Shown: piece by piece, positions 16,561-24,955 of the stretch | Numbering within the stretch: the first letter of the stretch is position 1 | How the letters are laid out: every line of letters starts with the position of its first letter | Source: an uncultured virus (IMG/VR IMGVR_UViG_3300046170_000408) | Taxonomy: Duplodnaviria > Heunggongvirae > Uroviricota > Caudoviricetes | IMG/VR virus record: IMGVR_UViG_3300046170_000408 | Direction: 5' to 3' (one strand) | Length of the DNA: 64,000 nt | Notes under the pieces: generated by a model | Database searches by the model: none | What the model was told of the DNA's origin: nothing | The model's input: only the letters and a program-made list of their open reading frames with translations | Made by a program: the position numbers and the translations under genes

Positions 16561-16803
16561 TTACGGTGTATTTTCTGGTGCGGCTTGCACTTCTAGAATT
16601 TTATTGTAAGCTATTATATCATTTTCTTTTGTCCAAGCTTTCCAGTGCTCCACGTATTTGATAGCCTTGGCTTTACCACTGCCTGGAGTTATCCCCCATT
16701 TAATAAAACGCACCGCATCTAATACGTCTTCTAAGTGTAGTGTTTTGTAAGCCTCTTCCATGGTTTGTGGCCTATCATCATAATGTTCGTGGAGTCCCAT
16801 CAT
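16561..16803 (-). CDS. hypothetical protein
   Basis: ORF in operon. Confidence 0.6.
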   Translation of the reverse strand: MMGLHEHYDDRPQTMEEAYKTLHLEDVLDAVRFIKWGITPGSGKAKAIKYVEHWKAWTKENDIIAYNKILEVQAAPENTP

Positions 16804-16979
16804 AAAAATTTAGTATATTTAGTTAATTCTTGTTTTCTTGCTTCCTCTAATCTCTTTGCATGATATTCTTTTGCATACTGCTCCATGATTTTACTCATTT
16901 GAGTGTAATGTGAAAATGCATCACTGTCGACAGCCAGATCTGGCCATTCGTTTTTATCTAGCCAATCCGCCGCGCTCAT
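16800..16979 (-). CDS. 59-aa hypothetical protein
   Basis: MSAADWLDKNEWPDLAVDSDAFSHYTQMSKIMEQYAKEYH... fills the gap, with ATGA overlap. Confidence 0.55.
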   Translation of the reverse strand: MSAADWLDKNEWPDLAVDSDAFSHYTQMSKIMEQYAKEYHAKRLEEARKQELTKYTKFL

Positions 16980-17790
16980 ATAAATACTCTCCTAAATCGT
17001 CTCTACTTGTTGGTACATCATCCCATTTTGGATCGTACCAAAATGTTCTACCATTTCTATCCTTTCTCTTTGACATTTCGGCATTACCATAACACAACAT
17101 AAACCGCTCCTGGATAGCTTCATCTCCAAATGGATTATCCCAATCCTTAATGCTTCCACCACCTTTAGCATACGCTAGAAGTGGAATATCACGGCATAGA
17201 TCTAGTAGTTTAGGGTATCTTGCGAATTGCATGCCAGCTGGTAAGAATGGATCTACATCACCAGCTCTATAAATAATTTCTGCTCTTAGGTAATTACCAA
17301 TACCATTGAAATATTTTTGGTCCATTAGCATTTCATAAAGTGGCTTCTTTAGTTTAGTCAAGTTAGTCATGACTTTATCCCAAAATGCTTTATACTCTGT
17401 TGTTGGATCTGGACCTCTATTATCAGACCAAGCTACACCCTGTTTCCACTTACCAAAACGTCTAACGTCTACAAAGGACATTGTAGTTCCGTCTTTTCTA
17501 TAAAATTTCAGGTGGGCGTGTTTTGGCTCGGCGCCGGTATTAGTCAGTTTAAAATGTCCGGACATACCCATCGTGATTCTCACAGGAATGTATTGGTCTG
17601 AATGTTTATCTAAAAAGTAAAGTACCATTTCTTTACCTTTAGAAACTGCTTTAATTTTAAATGTTTCAAATGGAATATTAAGGTCATCACATTTGTGGAT
17701 TGGATTCTTCTCCACTCTCACGTAAGTCATACCTTCTGATACTTGATTGACGTAATCTGCTGTAAACTTGAGTTCCGCTAACTCTGGCAT
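16954..17790 (-). CDS. Fpg/Nei DNA glycosylase, NEIL1-like (zincless finger)
   Basis: N-terminal PELAE, GMSG, DVRRFG, DQKYFNGIGNYLRAEI, CYG...DRNGRTFWY. Confidence 0.92.
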   Translation of the reverse strand: MPELAELKFTADYVNQVSEGMTYVRVEKNPIHKCDDLNIPFETFKIKAVSKGKEMVLYFLDKHSDQYIPVRITMGMSGHFKLTNTGAEPKHAHLKFYRKDGTTMSFVDVRRFGKWKQGVAWSDNRGPDPTTEYKAFWDKVMTNLTKLKKPLYEMLMDQKYFNGIGNYLRAEIIYRAGDVDPFLPAGMQFARYPKLLDLCRDIPLLAYAKGGGSIKDWDNPFGDEAIQERFMLCYGNAEMSKRKDRNGRTFWYDPKWDDVPTSRDDLGEYLYERGGLAR

Positions 17791-17808
17791 AATAAACTGA
17801 TTTAGTTA

Positions 17809-17836
17809 TTATAGAGAATTATCGTCACTTGTTTCA
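17809..17836 (-). promoter_or_regulatory. middle-type promoter
   Basis: TGAAAC-N17-TATAA. Confidence 0.7.
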
Positions 17837-17881
17837 ATCTTTACAGGTTCGTTCCAAGAGTCTTCCCAATAGATATAATCA

Positions 17882-18043
17882 TTAGAACTGATAGTCGTCA
17901 TATTCATCTAGATCTTGTAGTGATTTAACATTCTTGAGATTTACTCTCGGTTCTTGGTTACGTTGCTTTTTCTTTTTAAACTGCAACTTTCTCCGGCGTT
18001 CGCCTTCGTCTAGGGCCTTCTCTGGCTTGCTCGACTTTTTCAT
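17882..18043 (-). CDS. small basic hypothetical protein
   Basis: Likely start MKKSSKPEK; the longer track version overlaps the next ORF. Confidence 0.55.
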   Translation of the reverse strand: MKKSSKPEKALDEGERRRKLQFKKKKQRNQEPRVNLKNVKSLQDLDEYDDYQF

Positions 18044-18062
18044 TAGAAAATTTATTTGAAAT

Positions 18063-18314
18063 TTAGTTTTCTGTAGGAGGGGTAAATTTGGTATCTTTAT
18101 ACTCCCAGTTATCTCCTGCTGCTGGAGTATTAAGAGTATCTGTTGAACACCATATTGGAGGTGGTGTTGTATTAGGAGTATCGTAATATGGATTAGGAGT
18201 ATACATTGGATAAGCAGGTGGGATATAGGTATCACCTTTAAGAAGTACTACTGCTTCTTCTGCAGTAATTTGCTTTTCGTCTAATAGTCTTTGTACAATG
18301 CTTGCCTTTGTCAT
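18063..18314 (-). CDS. hypothetical Pro/Thr-rich protein
   Basis: LLDEKQITAEEAVVLL SHOCT-like N-terminus. Confidence 0.6.
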   Translation of the reverse strand: MTKASIVQRLLDEKQITAEEAVVLLKGDTYIPPAYPMYTPNPYYDTPNTTPPPIWCSTDTLNTPAAGDNWEYKDTKFTPPTEN

Positions 18315-18319
18315 ATAAT

Positions 18320-18628
18320 TTATATATTATCCGTAATTTTTGTTTCTATCTCTATAATTAATTTATTTAGATCTTCTCTACTCTGCCACCCTATTACTTG
18401 ATCTGCACCTTCAACAAATTTTTCTGTTATGAAATCTCCACTTGTATTTAAAATTGCTATTTCAAATAAATTATATTCATTAGGACTTCTTAAAGATAAT
18501 TTAGGCTCACAGTAAAAGTGAGGTCCACATACTACTGATAATTTAGTACCATCGTCAAAAGACATGATACCAGCCCATGCAGAACCCAATGGATGTTGTT
18601 TAAATGTTATATCATCAAATGTACTCAT
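18320..18628 (-). CDS. hypothetical phage protein
   Basis: 102-aa ORF. Confidence 0.65.
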   Translation of the reverse strand: MSTFDDITFKQHPLGSAWAGIMSFDDGTKLSVVCGPHFYCEPKLSLRSPNEYNLFEIAILNTSGDFITEKFVEGADQVIGWQSREDLNKLIIEIETKITDNI

Positions 18629-18639
18629 AATTTAATTTT

Positions 18640-18725
<86 letters not shown>

Positions 18726-18730
18726 TGTTT

Positions 18731-18829
18731 TTATAGTAGAGGGCCTGCGCTACATGAATAGATAGCAGCTTTCATTCTCTGCTCTTCTAACCATTTCATA
18801 TAGGTCCAAATTTGTTTTAATCTTTTCAT
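18731..18829 (-). CDS. 32-aa microprotein
   Basis: [32 protein letters not shown] abuts the upstream stop. Confidence 0.4.
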   Translation of the reverse strand: MKRLKQIWTYMKWLEEQRMKAAIYSCSAGPLL

Positions 18830-18830
18830 A

Positions 18831-19109
18831 TTAATTATCTAATTGATAATCAGCAGGTGGTAATTCATCTAATAGACTACCTGGTGCTTTTTCTTCATAC
18901 TTAGCATATTCATATTCACCTTTAATAAATTCATTAAGTGCCTTGCCTTGAGAATCTGCCATATTAAATTTATCCCATGTATGTGAATCAACTGCTTCAT
19001 AGACATAAGTTGCCCATTTAAAATTAATGGTTAGTGTTTTATCTGCAAAGTTATATGTTGCAGAATCAATAGTTGAACTCTTATACCGGGATGTTGTGCT
19101 AATTACCAT
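18831..19109 (-). CDS. KTSC-domain protein
   Basis: SSTIDSATY...LTINF...YVYEAV...ADSQGKALNEFIKG. Confidence 0.8.
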   Translation of the reverse strand: MVISTTSRYKSSTIDSATYNFADKTLTINFKWATYVYEAVDSHTWDKFNMADSQGKALNEFIKGEYEYAKYEEKAPGSLLDELPPADYQLDN

Positions 19110-19126
19110 AAAATAGAATTTATGAG

Positions 19127-19154
19127 TTATACTAAAATATCGATAAAAGTTTCT
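19127..19154 (-). promoter_or_regulatory. middle-type promoter
   Basis: GAAAC-N17-TATAAC. Confidence 0.7.
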
Positions 19155-19157
19155 AGA

Positions 19158-22100
19158 TTAACTAAAGAACCCAGAGCCAGATTTCTTAACTTTAATACCT
19201 TGGCTAACAAGCGTAGATTGTAGTTTATTAATTGCAGCAACAACTTGTGTATTATCTCCGCCAGAAGATCTACTTGATGAACCACCGCCTGTAATTTTCT
19301 TAATAGCTCCAGAAATTACTCCTCCAGTTTCAACTTGAGCTGCAGCACCTTCTTCTACACTACCTTTAAATTCTGCTAACATGTCTGCTAGATTCTGTAA
19401 CGCCGCCTCAAGTGATTCTCCCATTTGTGCTAATATATCTGAAGGCTCGCCACCTTCTGACAATACACCTAGTGCTTCAAATAAAGTTCTAAGTTCAGTT
19501 ACTTTAGCAAGATCCATTGAGTTAATTGATTCAGCAATTGCAGGCATACTTTCTGAAGTCTTAACCATAGTTCCGCCAATTGTTGCCCATAACGTAGCCT
19601 GTTTAGCATAGCCCTCTGCTCTAGCTCCTTCATCAACAGGTCCTAATAACGCGCCGAAGAATTGATTACCTACTTCTGGGTTGTAACCATTAATTGCTGT
19701 AATAACACCAGGGACAGAATTGCCCATTTTCTCAAAAGTATTTCCAATGGCAGCAATCATCCATCTTTGTTCTTTAATAGCTTGTGGATCTGCTCCCTCG
19801 CCTACATTAGTAAATACTCCAATAATATCTGCCATTTTACCAGCAAACGCTTTAGAGTCCATATTACCTACTATTTCAATAATGGTTTTTACGGATTCAC
19901 CTAATTTCTTATATGGTTCGCCAATCATACTAACAATTTCAATACCCTTTTCAAAAGTGGTTTCGCCTCCCCACCATGATGATGTTTGAGCCTTGCCACC
20001 ACCAATTGCCATAAGAGTATCTGTTAGAGCCTCGATTAACATTTGAGTATTGGTTTTTATCTTATCTTTTAGACCTTCTGCATTTCCAATAGTCTGATAA
20101 CCAGTAATTTTACCGTCTTTATCGTAAATAGGGAACTTTAACTTGGCCATAGCTTCTACACCCTTCGCTAGGTTTAATAGAGGCTCACCAATACCCGTTA
20201 CAATTGCAATACCTTTTTCAATAGTGGATTTACCACCCCACCATGAACCATTCTGCGCGTTTGGATTACTTCCAATTTCCTGGAATGTACCTGTAAGTGA
20301 ACCAACTAACATTTGAGTATTGTCAGCAACTGCTTTAGCATCGTCTACGTTAAATTGTCTATAACCTGTAGCTTTACCCTCTTTATCAAAACCAGTTGGG
20401 AATTTAAGCAATGCCATATCTTGTACACCGCCTGCAATATTACTTAGGGCTTGTCCCATGTTCATTACAGATTTAATACCCATTTGAACAGCACCGCCAC
20501 CTGATAAGAAGCCTAATAGACCGCCTGAACTTGGTTTACCAAAATCAACCGTTATTGGATTACCATCCGGGCCTAGAATTTCTTGTTCACCACCCATTCC
20601 AATCTTAGCGAAAGGAACTGCAAGTGAACCAACCATCATCATTGTATTAGTAATTACTTTCTTGAATGCATCACCACCAATAGTCTCAAATGATGTTGGG
20701 TTACCTTCTTTATCAAAAGCAGTTGGGAATTTAAGGTTGGCCATAGCCTGAACACCTTTAGCAATACCTGTAAGTGCCTTACCCATATTTAGAGTTGATG
20801 CAACACCTACTGCAACTGTATTCTTTTTACCTAAGCCAAATAAGCCGCCACCGCCACCTCCAAATTTAACTTTAGTAATTGTGCCGTCTGCGCCTAGAAC
20901 TTCCATCTCTTCACCAGCACCAATTTTATGGAATGGTACTGCTAATGTACCTAACATTAACGAGATATTTTTACCTAGTTCTGGTAAATCAAGCCCCTCA
21001 TTCTGTAGTTTAGCAAATCTTTTAAGACCAAGACCAACTGTCATTAAAGCAACACCTGCTGCAACCATTGCGCCTGAACCTAATAAGATACCTGCTGCTG
21101 TCCATGGCCACATAACAAATGCTTCACCAATTGCTTTAAAGACGGGTACTAAACCAGTCTTTTCATCGGTTAGTTTATCAATATTACCACCAGATAAAAC
21201 TTTAGATATAACAGCAATACCCGCTCCTACTGCTAGTAAAGCAACACCTGCAACTATCATTGCTCCAGCCCCTAATGCAATAAACGCTGGAATTGGTCCT
21301 GCTCCTGCAATACCAAAGACTATACCTAGACCGCCAATTAGGGCCATTGTAGCTCCAATCATTGGTAGTGGATCCGGACCTAATGCTGCTGTAATAATTT
21401 TAAAACCTATTCCTATAACTATTAAGGATGCTCCGACAAGTATCATAGCGATAGCTCCTTTCTTAATAAATTGTTCACCAAGGCCAATTAATGCAAATCC
21501 AGCTGCTAATAGACCTATTACTAAGAGTGCTCCTAAACTTTTAGCAGCCTCTTCACCAGTAATATTGCCAATTATTTTACCAAAGAATAGGAGTGAAAGA
21601 CCTAATACGATAATGGATAAAGAAACCCATAATAATGATTTTGCTCCGTTTTCAATATAATCTCCAGCAATGCCGACTAGTGCAAACGCAAGTCCAATTG
21701 CAATTACAGTACCCACAACCATTAATACGGTAGTAATGTCTGGCATAAGTACTTGGAATAGAGCTAAAGAAACACCTAATGCTAAAATTGATAGACCAGC
21801 AAACATAAGCCCTTTACCGGCTTTTTCCATGTTATCTATAACACCAAACTCTTCTAATACATAAAATGCTAATGCAATTGCACCAATTACAAATATTGAT
21901 AAGATAGCACCTTTAATCGCAGGACCTGCAATTATACTAACTAGTGCAAATGTAAGTGATAATGCTAATAGGCCTAATGCAACGTCTAGGACGGCAGTAC
22001 CCATGGATTTCATTTTATCTAATACTTTATCTGGAATTGCGTATGCAATTAATGCAATAGTACCTATTAATAAAACACTTACTAAAGCTCCCTCGAGTGC

Positions 22101-22709
22101 GGATTTTGAAATTAAAGTAACTAATGCTAAGGTAGCTGCTAATATCAGTATTGATTTACCGACATCTCCCATCATTTTAACCTTCTCTAGCTTTTCTTGA
22201 TCTAAATTCTTAGTACCAAAATTAATACCTGCTATAAGTGCCCTTAATGTAAGTGCTATGAGTGGAGTACCTAATACTGCTACCATTAATAATGGGGTGG
22301 CTAATACCATATATCCAGCAAACTTTAGTATTGATTTACCGACATCTCCTAGTAGAGTAATACCTGCTGCTAAGCCTTCCATTTTGGCTTTAACATCTTC
22401 TCCAGTATCTTCTAGATTATTTACAGCGTCTACAACAAATTGCAAACCTTTACCAAGAGGTTCCATGGAAGGTGCTAGTATTGCAATTGCCATGGCATTC
22501 CCTAGACCTCCGCCTACGCTCTTACCCTTTCCGTCTCTAATGTCTTCAATGGCAGTGGCCATAGCGTCCATTCTATCATAGAATTCGCCACCTACTGCTA
22601 ATGATACTGCAGTATTTTCAGTATTAACTGCTATTTGACCTAGAACATTGCCCTGGCTACCTAACTTGTCGAAGGCGCCAGCTAATGATTTCATGAAATT
22701 TTGAGCCAT
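19158..22709 (-). CDS. probable tape-measure protein
   Basis: 1183 aa, Ala/Gly/Leu-rich helical repeats, long hydrophobic stretch; follows tube and gp26/gp51-like genes. Confidence 0.75.
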   Translation of the reverse strand: MAQNFMKSLAGAFDKLGSQGNVLGQIAVNTENTAVSLAVGGEFYDRMDAMATAIEDIRDGKGKSVGGGLGNAMAIAILAPSMEPLGKGLQFVVDAVNNLEDTGEDVKAKMEGLAAGITLLGDVGKSILKFAGYMVLATPLLMVAVLGTPLIALTLRALIAGINFGTKNLDQEKLEKVKMMGDVGKSILILAATLALVTLISKSALEGALVSVLLIGTIALIAYAIPDKVLDKMKSMGTAVLDVALGLLALSLTFALVSIIAGPAIKGAILSIFVIGAIALAFYVLEEFGVIDNMEKAGKGLMFAGLSILALGVSLALFQVLMPDITTVLMVVGTVIAIGLAFALVGIAGDYIENGAKSLLWVSLSIIVLGLSLLFFGKIIGNITGEEAAKSLGALLVIGLLAAGFALIGLGEQFIKKGAIAMILVGASLIVIGIGFKIITAALGPDPLPMIGATMALIGGLGIVFGIAGAGPIPAFIALGAGAMIVAGVALLAVGAGIAVISKVLSGGNIDKLTDEKTGLVPVFKAIGEAFVMWPWTAAGILLGSGAMVAAGVALMTVGLGLKRFAKLQNEGLDLPELGKNISLMLGTLAVPFHKIGAGEEMEVLGADGTITKVKFGGGGGGLFGLGKKNTVAVGVASTLNMGKALTGIAKGVQAMANLKFPTAFDKEGNPTSFETIGGDAFKKVITNTMMMVGSLAVPFAKIGMGGEQEILGPDGNPITVDFGKPSSGGLLGFLSGGGAVQMGIKSVMNMGQALSNIAGGVQDMALLKFPTGFDKEGKATGYRQFNVDDAKAVADNTQMLVGSLTGTFQEIGSNPNAQNGSWWGGKSTIEKGIAIVTGIGEPLLNLAKGVEAMAKLKFPIYDKDGKITGYQTIGNAEGLKDKIKTNTQMLIEALTDTLMAIGGGKAQTSSWWGGETTFEKGIEIVSMIGEPYKKLGESVKTIIEIVGNMDSKAFAGKMADIIGVFTNVGEGADPQAIKEQRWMIAAIGNTFEKMGNSVPGVITAINGYNPEVGNQFFGALLGPVDEGARAEGYAKQATLWATIGGTMVKTSESMPAIAESINSMDLAKVTELRTLFEALGVLSEGGEPSDILAQMGESLEAALQNLADMLAEFKGSVEEGAAAQVETGGVISGAIKKITGGGSSSRSSGGDNTQVVAAINKLQSTLVSQGIKVKKSGSGFFS

Positions 22710-22742
22710 GTATAAGTACCGCTGATTATTTTTTAGTATATA

Positions 22743-22770
22743 GGAACACCACTGTAAAAAGTGGTGCTCC
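22743..22770 (-). other. hairpin in the 5' leader of the tape-measure gene
   Basis: CACCACT-loop-AGTGGTG just downstream of the late promoter at 22782-22790. Confidence 0.45.
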
Positions 22771-22791
22771 TTATTACTATATTATATATCT

Positions 22792-23103
22792 CTACAACTT
22801 CGGCATCTTAATAGATGGAGTCTTGAGAGATGGGGTGCTTGGCATCTTAGGCGGTTTATATTGAGATCTCATTGATGACATCTGACTCGCCTGTTGTTCT
22901 TGTTGCTCCCCTTGCTGTTTATTCTTATTCTTGATGTATTCCGAAAGATTCTTAACGTAGTACCAAAATTCGTAGTAATACATATTTTCAATCTCGCTCG
23001 GTTGCATCCTAAGATGAATACCCAGGTAGAACTTTGTCTTAAAGTAGTTCTCCAGCGAGATCTGAAATAATGAAAAGACTTTTGATGCCACCTGGGAACT
23101 CAA
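22792..23103 (-). CDS. baseplate hub assembly protein, gp51-like (start uncertain)
   Basis: SLENYFKTKFYL...PSEIENMYYYEFWYYVKNL resembles T4-like gp51. Confidence 0.7.
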   Translation of the reverse strand: MSSQVASKVFSLFQISLENYFKTKFYLGIHLRMQPSEIENMYYYEFWYYVKNLSEYIKNKNKQQGEQQEQQASQMSSMRSQYKPPKMPSTPSLKTPSIKMPKL

Positions 23104-24043
23104 GAGGGGCTTTCACCAACTCTCCTTCAAAGGTAGTTTCTAGTGTAGTAGATACACCAATTTTCATTCTTTCAGCCAATCTATAGATTACCATGAACTT
23201 TTTCTCATCCCATGCTTTATAGTCAACTTCGTGTTGGAAAATCTTACTTAAACCTAAAGTTCTCCAATCTGGTTGCATATAAGGCAATACCTGAATAAAT
23301 GCTCTATCAAAATCTTGATCTTTTTCTTGTCTATCTTTAAGATATGAAGTAATCTCTTGCATAACACCAATTGTAGGTGGTTTCATTCTAACTTCACCAG
23401 CAGAACGTGTTTTGATTACATAAGTTCTTTCTTTTTCAGAATAATATCTTTCGATTTCTTCATCAATTTCACTTGGAACTAAATTCTTAACAGCTAATTC
23501 AACGTCAACTTGTTTTTTAGTTTTTTCAGTTTTACCCTTTAAGACTAATTTATTCTCAGGTTCTGGAAATGTTAAATCTCTGACACTTAATAGAACTACA
23601 ATTCTATCCTCTTCTAAAAGATCTTTCCAAGAAAGTCTTTTCTTATTTGCAGACATTTGCATACAAGTTTCAATAATAGAATTTAACTTTTCTTCCATAT
23701 CAATATAGTTATTTTCATCCATTGTAGAAAAGTGTCTAATCTCAGCTGCTTTTGCAGATCTAATTTTAATTACACTATCTTTAGGATAAAATTTACCCTT
23801 TGATGGTAAAGTCTCTTGGTCTAATATGTGCCATCCTAATGCAGAATCAGATGATTGTGCTTTGTCTGGTCCAAAATCTGACATATTAACCCTTCCTAAT
23901 CCACTAGAATCAACTGCAGCTTCAATACCAGCAGCATCACTATTTGTAGATTCGACATTAGCTTTATTAATATTATCTTTAGCTTCTAAAGCTTTTGCCA
24001 TTTTTTGCTCTTCAGGAGTCATTTTGTTTTTGTCTTCGCTCAT
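23039..24043 (-). CDS. baseplate hub / tail assembly chaperone, gp26-like
   Basis: LPSKGKFYP...IKIR, DRIVVLLSVR, MKPPT motifs; position. Confidence 0.65.
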   Translation of the reverse strand: MSEDKNKMTPEEQKMAKALEAKDNINKANVESTNSDAAGIEAAVDSSGLGRVNMSDFGPDKAQSSDSALGWHILDQETLPSKGKFYPKDSVIKIRSAKAAEIRHFSTMDENNYIDMEEKLNSIIETCMQMSANKKRLSWKDLLEEDRIVVLLSVRDLTFPEPENKLVLKGKTEKTKKQVDVELAVKNLVPSEIDEEIERYYSEKERTYVIKTRSAGEVRMKPPTIGVMQEITSYLKDRQEKDQDFDRAFIQVLPYMQPDWRTLGLSKIFQHEVDYKAWDEKKFMVIYRLAERMKIGVSTTLETTFEGELVKAPLEFPGGIKSLFIISDLAGELL

Positions 24044-24045
24044 TT

Positions 24046-24264
24046 TTATTTGCTTTTTAAGTTTTTAAGATTTTGTTTAATGTAGGATCTTTGCTCTACA
24101 TCTCTTCTACTAAGTTCTTCCTGTATTAAATTACGGATAAACGCACTGACGGATATTGGTCTAATTTCACGATCTAGAGCCTCATTCAAGATGACTCTAT
24201 TGACTTCGCGAACTTCGTCCTCTGTCAGTAGAACCTGTAGTTTTTTTGTTAGTTTATCACTCAT
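24046..24264 (-). CDS. ribbon-helix-helix-like DNA-binding protein
   Basis: KKLQVLLTEDE...SVSAFIRNLIQEEL. Confidence 0.65.
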   Translation of the reverse strand: MSDKLTKKLQVLLTEDEVREVNRVILNEALDREIRPISVSAFIRNLIQEELSRRDVEQRSYIKQNLKNLKSK

Positions 24265-24310
24265 AATCTCTTATTATTAGGATATTATATTATGTTTTTT
24301 AAGTTTAAAA

Positions 24311-24340
24311 AAAGAAGGAATTCGTAGAATCCCTTCTTTT
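24311..24340 (-). terminator. intrinsic terminator after the tail tube gene
   Basis: AAAGAAGG...CCTTCTTT plus T-run. Confidence 0.7.
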
Positions 24341-24359
24341 ATTAGTTTCTAAATTAAAT

Positions 24360-24917
24360 TTAATTCAATTCTTCTGAGTAAGTATCACACTTCCATGTTA
24401 CTTCTAATGCTTGTGCATCAGCAGTCTCATAGTTAAGTTCTGCTACTAGGTTAACACCTGATGTAATGAAACAATCATCTAATGTGATTTTTCTGTAGAT
24501 GTCACCTTCTCTGTTGAACTGAACAACAACGATTGTACCAACATAATTCTTTTTAAGACCCATTTCGCCAGTTTCCGGATTGTAAGCCGCTCTGTACCAT
24601 TGTCTCATTGATTTATATAAGTACGCTTGGTTTGAATCGTTCAGGTTTAACGTAAAGTTGATTGTAATGTCAACAGCAGTTTGTCCAGGCATACCTGCGT
24701 ATGATCTGTCAGCAAACTTATACTTTTGACCGATTGCATCAACAGCCGGAGCTAATGCGTCTAAACCAGAGATTGAATTAACGTGTTGTAAAAATAACTC
24801 CTGTCCTGCAACACCTGCTGGAGGTAATAATGTCACCTCAAATAGGTTAGCTTGTACTGGTTCGAAATTTCTACCCTTCTTGCTAGTTTGGTCCTCTGAA
24901 TAATGTGGTAAAGCCAT
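24360..24917 (-). CDS. tail tube protein (gp19-like)
   Basis: FEPVQANLFEV, RQWY...YNPETG...KKNY, LNYE; follows the sheath gene. Confidence 0.85.
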   Translation of the reverse strand: MALPHYSEDQTSKKGRNFEPVQANLFEVTLLPPAGVAGQELFLQHVNSISGLDALAPAVDAIGQKYKFADRSYAGMPGQTAVDITINFTLNLNDSNQAYLYKSMRQWYRAAYNPETGEMGLKKNYVGTIVVVQFNREGDIYRKITLDDCFITSGVNLVAELNYETADAQALEVTWKCDTYSEELN

Positions 24918-24955
24918 ATCTTAATTTTCTATTTTATTTATATATCTTTGTTTTC

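Noticed and set aside
19381..22581. Several plus-strand ORFs up to 259 aa
   Set aside because: Antisense to the tape-measure gene, no independent motifs or promoters
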